Assembly: GCA_965235115.1 (NCBI GenBank)
Contig: OZ249436.1
Coordinates: 53,880,001 to 53,944,000, forward strand
Direction of reading: 5' to 3'
Origin: Laetmonice hystrix
Taxonomy: Eukaryota
DNA length: 64,000 bases
Of the stretch, positions 51,769 through 64,000 are shown piece after piece. The position numbers were made by a program, and so were the translations under genes. Positions within the stretch are counted from its first letter, which is position 1. Each line of letters opens with the position of its first letter. Below the pieces are notes generated by a model. The model made no database searches and was not told the origin of the DNA. It was given only the letters and a program-made list of their open reading frames with translations.

Positions 51769-54658
51769 AGATCCCCGCCTGAAAAAACACACACCAAGAG
51801 ACAGTGCTACTCTGAGCCCCCATCGGGATATGGTTTCACGTTCAAGTAGAAGACCACGACGGCCTTTCTCGTATGGAATGAAATCCACATGAGTTTCCTT
51901 TCAAAAGGATCTGGCAGACGGATCGGCCACGTTACGACTATTTTCGTCATAGAACTCTTGGTGTCACAACCCAGAAAACAGTAACATCGCTGTAAAATGC
52001 GTCTCGAGATACTGTGGTGTGTCAAAGAAGGTCAAAGAAGAAACAGAACCAACGACCTCCCCCCTCTATACACACAACAAACACACAATACACACGTCCA
52101 GCCCCCCGCAACACACATAGACAGAGATAAACAGATAGAAGGGAGAAAGAGGTTCTACGTCTTGCCCGAGAAGGTGATATTTCGTAAGCAAACGAAGGGC
52201 TTGCGTAGAGAATTTGATGGGTGTACGAATATTTAAAAGGATGACAAGGCCGCTCACTCTATAAGAGGTCAAATGAGTGCCATTATTGTAAGTTATAGAG
52301 TAAAAGTCGATGCATCATTATGCAACAACAGAATCCGGGGATCGTAATGTTATGACCGGTAACATGGACACAACATGTTCTAGAGAGTCTAGTTTAATTA
52401 AATACAACGTGAAATAAAGCAAGCGCGCAAAGTGGTAGTTTTCACGGCGACATAGGGCAACCCCCAGTGCAGGAAGTTGTGTTTCCCGTGCCCACCCCTT
52501 AAAAGGAAGCTAGTTCGGATTCCTAAGACATAATATGCCTGAGAATGTTGACCGTTAACTGCTTCTAATCACTGTACTGATGAATCGCAACTGTAACGCC
52601 GTTATATTTACTTCAATTGGACCAAGGAAAGAATCCCGAAGGGATGTACCACTAGAGGTCGAACTTAACCAAACGTTCCATTGGGGGAAAAGATTATCGT
52701 ATTCTGGAAGAATTAATCTGTACATTTCATGGTAGATTCTCAATTTTTCTTTTCTTTGGATTTTGATTATGTATATATGTTGGTTACGTCGCGAGGAAAA
52801 TACTCAAGGAGTATATATGAGTTATTTATAGAGTTTACCTGTTGCATATTTAGCACTGCTATGCAAATTGGTGATGTACACAAATACATGTACAGAGAAT
52901 ATGCGTATTCGCCAGTATTTATTCCAGTCCTAACCACATTCACTGTACTTTATTCCCTTTACGTCCATATTTTGCCAATGTGATTTCATATTCCTTTGGT
53001 GGATGTCGGGGTTCTTTTTTATTACGTGTAAACGTTTGGCATTTAGTAGTGAACACCCAGTTTGTTTAGTACTGTGATTATAACAAAATATCGGGTTATT
53101 AGACTCGTGACATGCCGGTTTCACGACATCGATTTCTTCATGATTTGCTACCGAATATTACAATATTTGTGTTGAATGGACGTTTAAGTGAGAAGTATAT
53201 CTTGTGTATCTCAAATTGGAATACGTTATTGAAGTCTTATGCAATGCCCATAAATTTGATTGATTGCGTGATTGGAGTTATAATGTTCTGATTTACTTTT
53301 CCCGTTGACAGATGAGGTTCAGATATGTATATAGTTTTGCATGAGTTATTTAGCTGATCTACGATCTGTTGGTGTCATATGTTTCCGAAGAACCAAATTT
53401 GTCAGTGAAGACAGTGTTTGAGTGATATGTTCATAACGCTTAGAGAATTGTCAGAAATGTATACCATCTGATTTGCCAGTGGGTTAAACAAGAAATCGAA
53501 GAATTTAAAATGACGTCCATCTGTGCATTTTACATCTCATATCACGCGAAGCCTGGAGAGATTGAAGTTAGTGATGGGTGAAAATGATTTTGAGAAGGTG
53601 ACACAAATCGTTCGGACGCCTTAATATCTCCTAACGCAATATTTGCAACATTTTACAAATGGCTACATTTTTGTCAAACGGGAACATGGAATTGGCAGTT
53701 TTCAGTATATAAAAATTTACAAATCGTAGGTTGAATTATGGATCTCTATAAGCCTTAATCAAAATTATTTTACGACTAACTGGATTTGTTTCAATTCTCC
53801 AATATTTCTTCAAATGTAAGGGGACAAGTGAATATCAAAATCTTCTCTTTAGTTTCACAGTTACCTTCTTGTCAACTTGTCAATCTAAACACGTTTTGAT
53901 TTATAGGCGTGATTTATGCAACCAGTGAAGGGACCCAATAAGTGTTAACTCAAAGATTTCGGGTGTCATTGAAGTATATGGCAAGTATTATACAACACTA
54001 GGCCTATATATTATTAAAATCACGTTTTATCTTACAGTAACAGTAACATAACACTGTCCATAGGCACAGATGTGGAAAGACAACCCTAGGATAGACTGAT
54101 TGACAAGGGCTAGTGTGTGAGATATTGTATCCTGTAGATATTACCAGGTGTTCCGTCTGATTTCGTTAATTTTAGGGACTTCTGTATAATTGTGTACTGA
54201 TCATGGTTTTCACAACGTACGGTTAACTTGGTTGCTAGCATGAATCTAGAAGTGGTGAAGAGAGATTCGATGGGCTTTTTGACAGAAGTTGCTAGGTATT
54301 CACCAGTACGGTATACTTTCGATGGAGAGCAGTATAGAATCGGCTGTTGAACAGTGTTGACGGGCCATTGATTGGTCAAAGGACTACGACAGAATTTTGT
54401 TCCTGCATGAGTGAATATATTAATAAGCGTATTTATAGTTGGTCTAAGGAACTATTATTTATCTGGATTTACATATTATGATAAAAGGTATTCTATAAAC
54501 TTATAGCGGCTGACACCGCGGATACATATACTGAACCTAGGGAGGTAGAGAGTCTGCTTTGATTATGATTATACGATTATGTAACCGAGTTTATGTAAAG
54601 ATTAAGTGAGAGCTATATCCCTAACTTGCATGAAGATTGTGTTTTCCCTTACTTGAGA

Positions 54659-54664
54659 AATAAA
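54659..54664 (+). terminator. Candidate ZCCHC24 polyadenylation signal (implies ~2.9-kb 3'UTR)
   Basis: AATAAA followed by a T/GT-rich tract (TTCTTGTCTTGTTGTT); an earlier AATAAA exists near 52413. Confidence 0.5.
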
Positions 54665-55502
54665 ATGCAAGTAATTTCTAATTTCTACTCTTCTTGTCTT
54701 GTTGTTCAGATAATCTGAACCCCAATCAGGTTACTGTCCTAACCGTTTATTGCTTGGTAAATGACAAGGCTGTTTTATCTGTAAATCCGTTATCTAGTAA
54801 AAAGATTTAATTTTTTTTATGAGGTACCTTAAAATATTTATTAATCGTCTAGGTCACTAGGTCTGCTGTAGAATACTGCTTTTCTGCCAGATTCTTTTAA
54901 CAATATTAAAACAGCATATAAATTTATAGATTTAATTCATTAGGGCGTACCTGCTGGAAATTTAAAAATAGACACCCCCTCCCCATTTCCTGTAAAAAAA
55001 TAGTGCTTTAAACTTGACTTATTTATGAAGAGACTGAAACCATCTCGAATCAGTCTGTCTTCTAAACGGGCCATTGGCATATGGCGCCCTCTGGTGTTTA
55101 CTTGTGGTGTTAAATGTACATGTTACTGACCAAGTAAAATCTAACCTTGAATCTCAGTGTAGAAGGGAAATCATTGTACTAGGTTCAGCGGTTCATGATT
55201 TAATAGGCGCCTCCACTGCCGTATAAAACTTGTTAAATTAAACCCGTTTTACTGAAGTTTTAGATAATTCAAAATAAATTATTATATACTTAATTTTTAT
55301 CAACTGAATATGCTCTAAAACATCATGGGAATGTGAAAGTTTACTTTTGAAGGTGGTATCTACACTATCAGTGGCGTTTCTATAGCCGCGAGCACGGCGG
55401 TAGTAGAACCAGAAGGATTCTCAAATGGGTACGTTTCCCAACAGGAGGAGGTTGAGAAATGACGGGTTGACACTTGAGCACTCTTCACTACTCATTCATC
55501 CT

Positions 55503-55508
55503 TTTATT
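55503..55508 (-). terminator. Candidate MTTP polyadenylation signal
   Basis: AATAAA on the minus strand ~700 nt after the stop codon. Confidence 0.4.
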
Positions 55509-56203
55509 CAAGTACAAATACGACTCATTGGTTACGATACAACGAGATGAACAGATGGATGCCATGCAGCCAGTTCTACAGAACATTCTATTTGTTTGGA
55601 ATACTAATATAAGTATGTAAGACATGTAAGACCACTCAGGCGAACTAGTTTCATCTATTTAATTCAAGCCTATTGCTGAGTCGGTGCTACAATCTGTCAT
55701 CCTTTGTAGCTTCACTTGCACAATTACACGCATGCGTTTTATAATTAACTTAGAATCACAAGGAGCTAGCCTAGGCCGATACATAAACATGCGCCATTGT
55801 GCATGGAATGCATGGGTTGCATGAAGTGATTTCACAGACTTGGAAGCTGCGTGGTGGCTGACATGGCAAGTTAACGGTTGAGATACGGTGTTGTGTGACC
55901 AGAAATTGTGGGTCTAGGACAGTATATCCTCCACTCTCAATATCCCAAACTGGCACGGAACTGTTAGCTGTCCCTTCATATTCGAAAGAATTCTTTATCA
56001 TTGTAAATGAACCGTAATACGTAAAAGGTCATGACTTCGTCTTCACAAAGCTCTAGTATGTCTTGACTGTCTGTAAGTTTAAAACACGGACCTTCAAAAC
56101 CAGAAAGACAAACTGATATAAAAGAAATGAGTGTGTCAATGTTTCAATGTGCAGTGCCATAGAGAGTCGTTTCCATAAGTTCCCCTATACAGGACCATGT
56201 TGT

Positions 56204-59200
56204 TTAGGACTCTACATGCATGGCCTTGCACTGGTTATTGTTAGGTTTCGGGAGAGGATACGACGCCGCATTCACTTTTGTTGTACGGCGGATCTTGGCG
56301 ATGAATGATGTTTTGAAACCTCGTGCCTGCTCCACCTTTGTGACGTTATGTCTGTAACAGCAGTAAACATTGACACGTCAGTAGAATTTCATTTTATTTA
56401 CGGACTGGCATTCTGGTTCGCAAAAAGACATGGATTACAAAAAGGTAGGCCTACTTCTGCCTTAAAATTGGGTTTGCTCCGGTAGTAACAACAGGGCGGG
56501 GGGTCTTTTTCGATTAAATGACAATCGTATTGATTTAACTATCACCCCCTCTCGGCCAAGGGGGCGGCCCCCTAACACCCCCCCCCCCTCGATCTGCCAC
56601 TAAGGCATGATATTTGGTCCGCAATGGTAAATTTTTACGTCGATGCAACACCCCTTGTGTCGAAAACAAGAATTTGGCATTCTTTTGACCGATGCATGCG
56701 CCCCTTGTGGTTTGTTTTCGCACTAGATGCCCAGATCAGAGAGGGAGGTTTCCCGTAATATTTTGCGTTTTAAAACGACACCAGCAATGTTTGCTTCCCA
56801 TTCATCTCCGATTTCCTGTCTGTTTCTCAGTGTTCAACGTTAATTGTGGACAAGACATAGATTAGTATGTGACTCCAACTCTCTAGTTTTCCAACAGTCA
56901 TAGGACTACTAGCTGATTTATTTTCTCTAGAGAAGTTAGCTGATATATAATATTTTAATTGTTTTATACACATAATATTTTATGTACAGCATATTATTTT
57001 GATAGATCTATATATCGGGGATAACGCACAACTTGCGTGAACTCTGTTTGTTAAAACCCTTAAAGAAAACTGCGTTATATAAAAACCCATCACCACCGCT
57101 TTCCCTGTCCCGAATCTCAGACCTTCCAAAAACTTATTCCTACCCCTGACCCTGACCCTCTACCTCCGAATTTTGTTGAAATGTTACTATGATGGAATAG
57201 AAGCCCACTCTCACCTATAGCTGAATGCGGGCCTGCTCATCTGTAAACACATTTTGATGGTGTCGTAGAAGTCGACGTCAGTCTTGAAGTCTATGACGGT
57301 AGCAGCCTCAGCCGAGTGGTGTAGTTCAGTACGGAAGGCGGGAGTGTGTAGGCCGAGAGAGGCTCGGATTACCATGGCCCCACTAGTGGCAGCAAGGACA
57401 AAGTAAAATGTGACATTGGAAGACAAGCACTGACAAACTTTAATACATTAATATAGGGTGCACTTCAAGATCCGTGTTTTTGCGATGGCGGTAGTGACTT
57501 GCCTGTTTTTTATGAGTGATTGGCAGTTTTTATTCCACAAACTGATGGATACGAGTCCCGAGAGATCCATTGAAACAACTCCTTTGACATTCAAAGAAAC
57601 TTGCATGCCGTTCTGGAGGTTGAACACTTGTCTGTGATCTTGTAATAAAAGGTTTGCCTGTGGAATAAAAGAGTAATGCATAGTGCGGGGCTCAGTACAT
57701 TTGTACCTGCTATAGGATGCTGTCCACGGGTGCTGATGATGCGATAGCATGGATGGAATTTATAAAACGTGGACAAATTCTAATGCAAAAGTGTTCTCGT
57801 ATAGGGCCCCTTTCATGTGAGAATTGACCTTGGGCGATGTCGGGTTCCATGTCACTGGAGCCCTTACTGCCCCCCCCCCCCGCCCATGCAAGCCCCGGAT
57901 GACCAACCCACAGACCTGGAGGGCGTTGGTCAGCTCGCTGGGTGCGTTCCACACGGCCGACATGAGGCCACTCTGTCCAGTGAAGAAAGTGACCGGGCGG
58001 AGCGCCACATCGAGCAGGTCAAGCGCCAGGCCAGCCGTCGGGTCGACGTTTTCCTGGCCTGGCTCGGGTTCCTCTCCTAGCATACCTTCCAGACCGGCGG
58101 CGAATATACCGAACTAACCGAACACAGCACAAAGTGAGGCAGGCATGCAGTCAGTCCAAGCACCATGGCGGTGTGTAGCGTGGTTAGAAATAAAAACTGA
58201 ACGAAAAGGAAGGAGTGTGTATGGGGGTGGGGTGGGGGGTGGGGGGGCTGATATATCACAGAAAATGTCTCTCAGTTTACTTTCTTAATTAGAAAAAAGT
58301 CTCACTCCCCCACTAAGCAATTCCTCTGAAAATATACCATATTCAACTAAAAGGGTCAGGCTCACTTGGAACAAATGTACATGTCCATTTTTACAAGATA
58401 TGAAGGTTGGTATATAGTTACCGAATAAAGCGGCATAGTAGAATTTTGTCCGGAAAGGTCAACGTCCATTCCACTTCTCTTCATGATACCAGCCTTCGAG
58501 TTCAGCACGTACATGTCATACATGCCAGCTAGGCTTGCAGTGTCTGGAAAATATAACGGCCACTTCGGACATTTTGTTCTACATTCTCTGTCGGTTACAA
58601 TGCTGGTTCTTCTTCACATTATGACCTATGATGTGGGGTGAATTTTCTATATTTTGTAATTCAATAACCTGTAGAGACTGCAATAATTTTAAGAGCTCAT
58701 TTTACATATCATATTCTGCCATATTCCAGGAGCTCGTTTTAATAATAACAGTAAATGTAATATTTCCATAGAGGGTTAAAATGCACTTACTGATCATATG
58801 TTCTTTGAAAGCCAATGACTTTCCCTTTGGCGCGAGAACATGGTAGTTGCCCAGTGAGATATCCTGGAGGGCTTTCCTTACTTTCGCCCTGTGGTAATTT
58901 CAAAATGTTACATCATTGATCAGCAATAAACAAAGAATTCCCTCACTATTAAAGAGGTGCCAGGGACAATATTGTGTTAGGCCTATACGTGACTGCAAAC
59001 GTGAGAGAACCCGTCCAGCGACACATCGGGAAAACGTTCCCCTCTTGTGTGTAACCAAATATTTTTCTATTTTTTCATGGAAGTCATCCAGATCTGTTGA
59101 CCCGCGATCCGAGTCCGATTTAGAAAATATAAACAAATAAATAGGAATGAACGCTCCGATTGAAGCTTTGTTTGCATGTATTTTTGCCCTTCATTTCGAA

Positions 59201-62200
59201 AGGACCCCCCCCCCTCCAAGCCGGGAGCGGGGCCAACACTTGCCGTATACCGTCGTCTCTCTGTGCCGTTTGGAAGAGTCGTTGCTGGACGTACATGGCA
59301 AACTCCGTGTCGTATGGGTCAGTGGTAGCCTCGAGCACTGCCCGTACGGTGTCTGACGACGGACCGTGGCTCAGGATCACTCCTAGCGCCTCAACACGTA
59401 CTGCCGTGGCGTAGCCTCGCCGATTTTGAAAGAATATTTTCCGCATGACTGACAAAACCTTCAATAACGTTGGAATAAAAGTAAAATCCGAGTCGTAACA
59501 AAGAACAGAAACATGAGGAGGTAAAATATCAAACTGAAGAGAATTTGATTGGCTCTGTGGATCTCTTTGTAGCAAAACGAATTAACTTGTTTCTAGCATG
59601 TCTGTAGGCCTAAACTTGCTTCTGACTGTTCACAGATCTATGTTCAGACAGTACAGATCTACATGCTTCCGACGTTCACAGATCTATGTTCACACAATAG
59701 AGATCTACATGCTTCCGATGTTCACCGATCTATGTTCAAACAATAGAGATCTACATGCTTGTGACCGTTCACAGATCTATGTTCACACAATAGAGATCTA
59801 CATGCTTCCGACGTTCACCGATCTATGTTCACACAATAGAGATCTACATGCTTATGACCGTTCACAGATCTATGTTCACACAATAGAGATCTACATGCTT
59901 CCGATGTTCACAGATCTATGTTCACACAATAGAGATCTACATGCTTCCGACTGTTCACAGATCTATGTTCACACAATAGAGATCTACATGCTTCCGATGT
60001 TCACAGATCTATGTTCACACAATAGAGATCTACATGCTTCCGACTGTTCACAGATCTATGTTCACACAATAGAGATCTACATGCTTCCGACTGTTCACAG
60101 ATCTATGTTCAGATTATTCAGATCTATGTTCTCTTAATTGCACTTTATGATAATAATCTGGTGGATTTATCACGTAGTTGGTGTATACACTACCTTTTCG
60201 GACATATATTTGTCAGGCAATCTCCTCATTGCTTTAATGGCAGCACTGGAAACTGTAGGGTCCTCTGCGGTTTCAGCATATTTCAGGAGTACTCCTAAGG
60301 TGTCAGGTAGTCCTGCGTTTCCAATCAGTCGAAGATACGTCGTCCTACATAGAGTATCACTACAACCCTCAAGTTTGTCAAGCACCTTTTTCTCTGCTTC
60401 CTTTATAACCTAAAGGTGGAAAATCCAGTCACACTCTATAATAACGACAACTTTGGAGTCATTGTTAGAATAACGATTACATGGGAGATCAGATTGTTTA
60501 TACGAATCACAGGAAACTGACCTCTTTGTTCTTATTTTGTTCGTTCCTTGAGAAAGTGTATATCACAGCACCTAGTGCATCTCCTATCGATTCCTTCAGG
60601 ACGGCGTCTGTAGAATCCTTTTGGAATAGCGCCTGGTGAAAAGTACATTTTATCTGGATGAACCCCTCTGTGACATAATCTCTATAATACTTTCTGCCGT
60701 TTCTTTCTATGGCCCTTTCTACCCATCATGAATGAACCAAACCCAAAAGGGGGGAACCCCCACTTTTCTCGGACTTACGGTGACCATCACCACACTAAAT
60801 ATGTAGGCTACCACTCAGGGATGCGTGTGATAATGGTGATGCCATAGACTATTTTCTTTAATTAGCTACTTAATATTTTTAAATATTCTTCTCTATTTAA
60901 TTTCTATTAGACATCGGGGCCATAAATAAACATACATTCCTTAAATAACAGTGTAAATTGTACGTCACCATAAGGTCTCGGATGAGGTCGTCGTGAGGAT
61001 GGGTAGAAAAAGCGGCAGCCAGGAGATAACGTTCCTGGAGTTTAATATCATAGTTTTCATCGAAGTTGAGAAACCTCATCAGCGCTGCTTGACCGCTCCG
61101 TGTTTGTGAAGCGGCGATGGTGTCTATTAGTTGTGGTCTGAGAACCGAGAAATATGTGGGATAATGTCTGAGAACTGGGCAATAATGTGGGATAAGGTCT
61201 GAGAACTGGGCAATATGTTGAATAAGATCTGCGAACCGGACAATACGTTGGATAAGCTGAGAACCTTGAAATATGGGACAAAGGTCTGGAATCGGGAAAT
61301 ATGGTATACGTGCATGGATGAAATACGCTAAATATGAGGTATGTGATTCTAGCTGATTTATCTAAAGAAAAATTAATACGAAAAAATCAAAATAATGAGA
61401 GATCTGAACATTTAAGACTGTTCAGATTTTGAAAATAACCGGACAAAGCCTTTCCACAAAAAAGTACAGAAAAGTGGACGGTCGATCGACCGGCGCTTAC
61501 ACTATTTCAGAGTTTTCGGGATCGCTGAGGATGGCCGTTACGGCCGTTTGGTTGCTGTAACGCAAGGCATCAACCAGCTGGAGGAAGGCGTCGCCTGATG
61601 TCGTCGTCGCCATGTTACTGCTGGCAAGGTCATCTCTGAGATTAGCGACCAGTTTACTAAGCTGCAATTAATGAATATGGAGATATTGTTTGGTGGAAAA
61701 TCGATTTATGTTTAGCCAAACGTTTGGAGAGGATTATCCCGGATTAGACACGTTATAGATACATCCTCCTCCCCGTGTATATCTGGATGCGAGTCATCGA
61801 ATGTACACGTATATTTCTCCCAGTTGACAGATTTCTTTGGGCAAGACACTTATCGCGGGCACGGCAGTATACTCTTGTGCCCTGGCCATGTGGACATATT
61901 CTATAGTATCGTTAGGAGGTCCGCAGTTGGTCTATACACCATTTGCTGTGAAATAGCCCATATTTTATAAAAGAGAAATATACCAGGTGAGAAAATGAAC
62001 CTAAACATACCTTTTTATCACAGTCTGGTTTGGAACACACCTGCTTCTCATACGTCGACGCCAGTGATGTCCCCTGGAGTTTTAGTTTTTCACCTTAAAT
62101 CCAATATAGAGCCTATGAGGAACAACAGCCCTTACGGCATCCAATATAATCTATGACGAAATGATCACTCGAATATCTGTCCTAATGGAACTCCGATTGT

Positions 62201-63793
62201 CATTAAGGAATTAAGCACACCAAGAAAGCAGAAATTACCAAGGACATATCCATTCACGCAATGTCTTCATCATTGTATATCAAGTAGCATACCTTACGCA
62301 GATTTGCCAGGGTTAATTATAATGAATTATGAAGTTTAGGTTACTACACTGACTGCACTTTGTTATAACTTACGTGCATTTACAACCTGAATCGCTTCGT
62401 CTGCTGTCGATGCCTGCACAGCTGTTGCGCCAACTCCCTTCTTCTCTAACGTCAACGTCTGCCTGTGACGGGACATGCGGCAATTTTTTCAGATTGAAGT
62501 CGTAATAACGAGTTAATGACGTCACTAAGTGGTCATTTCGAGATCACCACAAAGTATTTTCTCTGAAACGAACGTGATTAACGCGTAATAACGACTTAGT
62601 GACGTCATTAGGTCGTAATAACGAGTTAATGACGTCACGAAGTGGTAATTTCGAGATCACCACATTTTTTCTCTGGAACGAACGCGATTAACTCGTAATA
62701 ACGACTTAGTGACGCCATTAAGTCGTAATAACGAGTTAATGGCATCACTAAGTGGTAATTTCGAGATCACCACAATTTTTTTCTCTTTATGTCCCCAACA
62801 GGGCTCCGTAGAATAGGTTATACCCCATTAAATCAGAATCACCAACACAGCATCTTAATATAGGCCTACAGGCCTGCGACGAACTATCGTACGGGAGCCT
62901 ATTGTATAGTCTACAGGCCGATGCCTACCTATCCTCTTGCCGACTACTTTGTGCCCAAAGTAGGCTACCTCTGTATGTCAGCCTACACGGATCGATACAT
63001 ACGTGGCCTGAACGCTGGTTGCCAGGTTGTCTCGTATATTCAATCTGTGTACGTGTTTCTCCTCGGTCTCTACTGTCTGAATGACGTCATCCTTGGAGAG
63101 AGTGGTCGTGCTCTTCACCGCTGACGTCACATGTACGGCCAGTATAGGCTGAACATTCGAAAACTGGCCCACCGACCGCGAAGACACGCAACCAGTCTTG
63201 GTTTTGGAAATAGTAAGCCCCTCTACTTTATATGTCGTTGAACACTCTCCACTTGCGTCGGTCTTGAACAGAAAACGAAGAAAATGACTGGTTTAGTCAG
63301 CCTTCTGAGAGAGTGACATTATCAAGGTAACGGACAGCGACGAGACTGAGCGTCATAACTGTGATCGTCAATGGGGAATCACATTTCAACTTGGGAAGGT
63401 ATTTTAAAAGGTAATACTAAAAGTCTTAACAAAATTAATATCGCCTTTTTGAATATCAACCTTTGATTTCAATACTTCTACCTATAGGCCTACCAATAAA
63501 ATTAAGTCGGACAGACAATACGATAGACAGATACTTATAAATATATATGGTGGCATTGTGCGCCAGCTGGGGATGAGCCCTACCTCTGTTTTCCGCCCGT
63601 TTTCTCTGTTTATCTGGAACAGGCTTATGATGCCCTTCTTAATATTAACACTCCAGTCGGCGTCCCTTTCGGCCGAGTAAACCTGTCGTATCTCGGTACC
63701 GTCCCATTGGGCAAGGATCGGGTACCGCGTCAGTGATTTTAGATTGTGATGTTTCTGAGGGTTGGAGGCACTCTCCAGACTAGATGTCACTAT
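56204..63793 (-). CDS. MTTP: Microsomal triglyceride transfer protein large subunit (large lipid transfer protein family), 5'-partial, ~800 aa in window
   Basis: Coding exons (minus): 63793-63584, 63262-63003, 62462-62374, 62093-62011, 61661-61501, 61137-60969, 60632-60522, 60409-60194, 59458-59244 (GC donor), 58888-58791, 58543-58422, 58113-57916, 57657-57503 (GC donor), 57382-57215, 56351-56204; continuous frame. Motifs NIKKGIISLFQ, ETDASGEC, PQLID, IGNAGLP, LRPVTFF, LLQDH...LQNG, SISLW, MCLQM, C-terminal NQCKAM. Confidence 0.93.
59622..60132. repeat. 46-47-bp minisatellite (TTCACAGATCTATGTTCACACAATAGAGATCTACATGCTTCCGATG), about 11 copies, MTTP intron
   Basis: Seen directly; explains ORF 59598-60137. 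Confidence 0.95.
61135..61305. repeat. Degenerate ~29-31-bp tandem repeat (about 6 copies) overlapping an MTTP splice acceptor
   Basis: Unit approximately GGTCTGAGAACYGRGMAATATGTGGGATAA. Confidence 0.75.
62463..62810. mobile_element. MITE-like element with repeated palindromic GTCGTAATAACGAGTTAATGACGTCAC modules, MTTP intron
   Basis: ~115-bp module present about 2.5 times; right end ATGTCCCCAACAGGGCTCCGTAG has a partial inverted match at the left (CTGTGACGGGACAT). Confidence 0.55.
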
Positions 63794-64000
63794 CTGTACA
63801 ATGAGAAAGGGTTGTCCCCATGGGTGATGCAAGACGGTCAGAGGTACATAACACAACAGTGAATTAACTCATTAAAACATTTATCACAGCAGCAGCTCTC
63901 TATCTACATCATGCAGTGTTCTATAAGCTGCAAATTTCGGAGAGTCGTGTGCACAGAAACCATATATCATGACCGTCTCAATAATCATATTATTAATAAT

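Noticed and set aside
59598..60137. 179-aa repetitive ORF
   Set aside because: Translation of a 46-47-bp minisatellite inside an MTTP intron on the opposite strand.

Overview
Eukaryotic, intron-rich genomic DNA, probably from a marine invertebrate (taxon not determinable from sequence alone). The supplied ORF track is mostly spurious because the real genes are spliced. I reconstructed five protein-coding genes by hand from splice sites and reading frame: SLC25A38 (mitochondrial glycine carrier, minus, 10 coding exons), CEP20/FOPNL (minus), a claudin/PMP22-superfamily tetraspan protein (minus), ZCCHC24 (plus, 4 coding exons) and the 3' ~800 codons of MTTP (minus, 15 exons; 5' end outside the window). 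Introns and intergenic DNA are dense with short non-autonomous TIR elements (5-, 6- and 9-bp TSD classes and TA-flanked), minisatellites, microsatellites and retroelement relics. The most striking structure is at 20063-22076, just upstream of the CEP20 start: three different TIR elements stacked in tandem, each bounded by the same 9-mer GGTACACAG (four copies), i.e. a repeat-spacer-like array apparently built by repeated insertion into one target. Also notable: three GC-AG introns among about 31 reconstructed introns, tandem uORFs ahead of SLC25A38, and strong enrichment of the palindrome TAGGCCTA.
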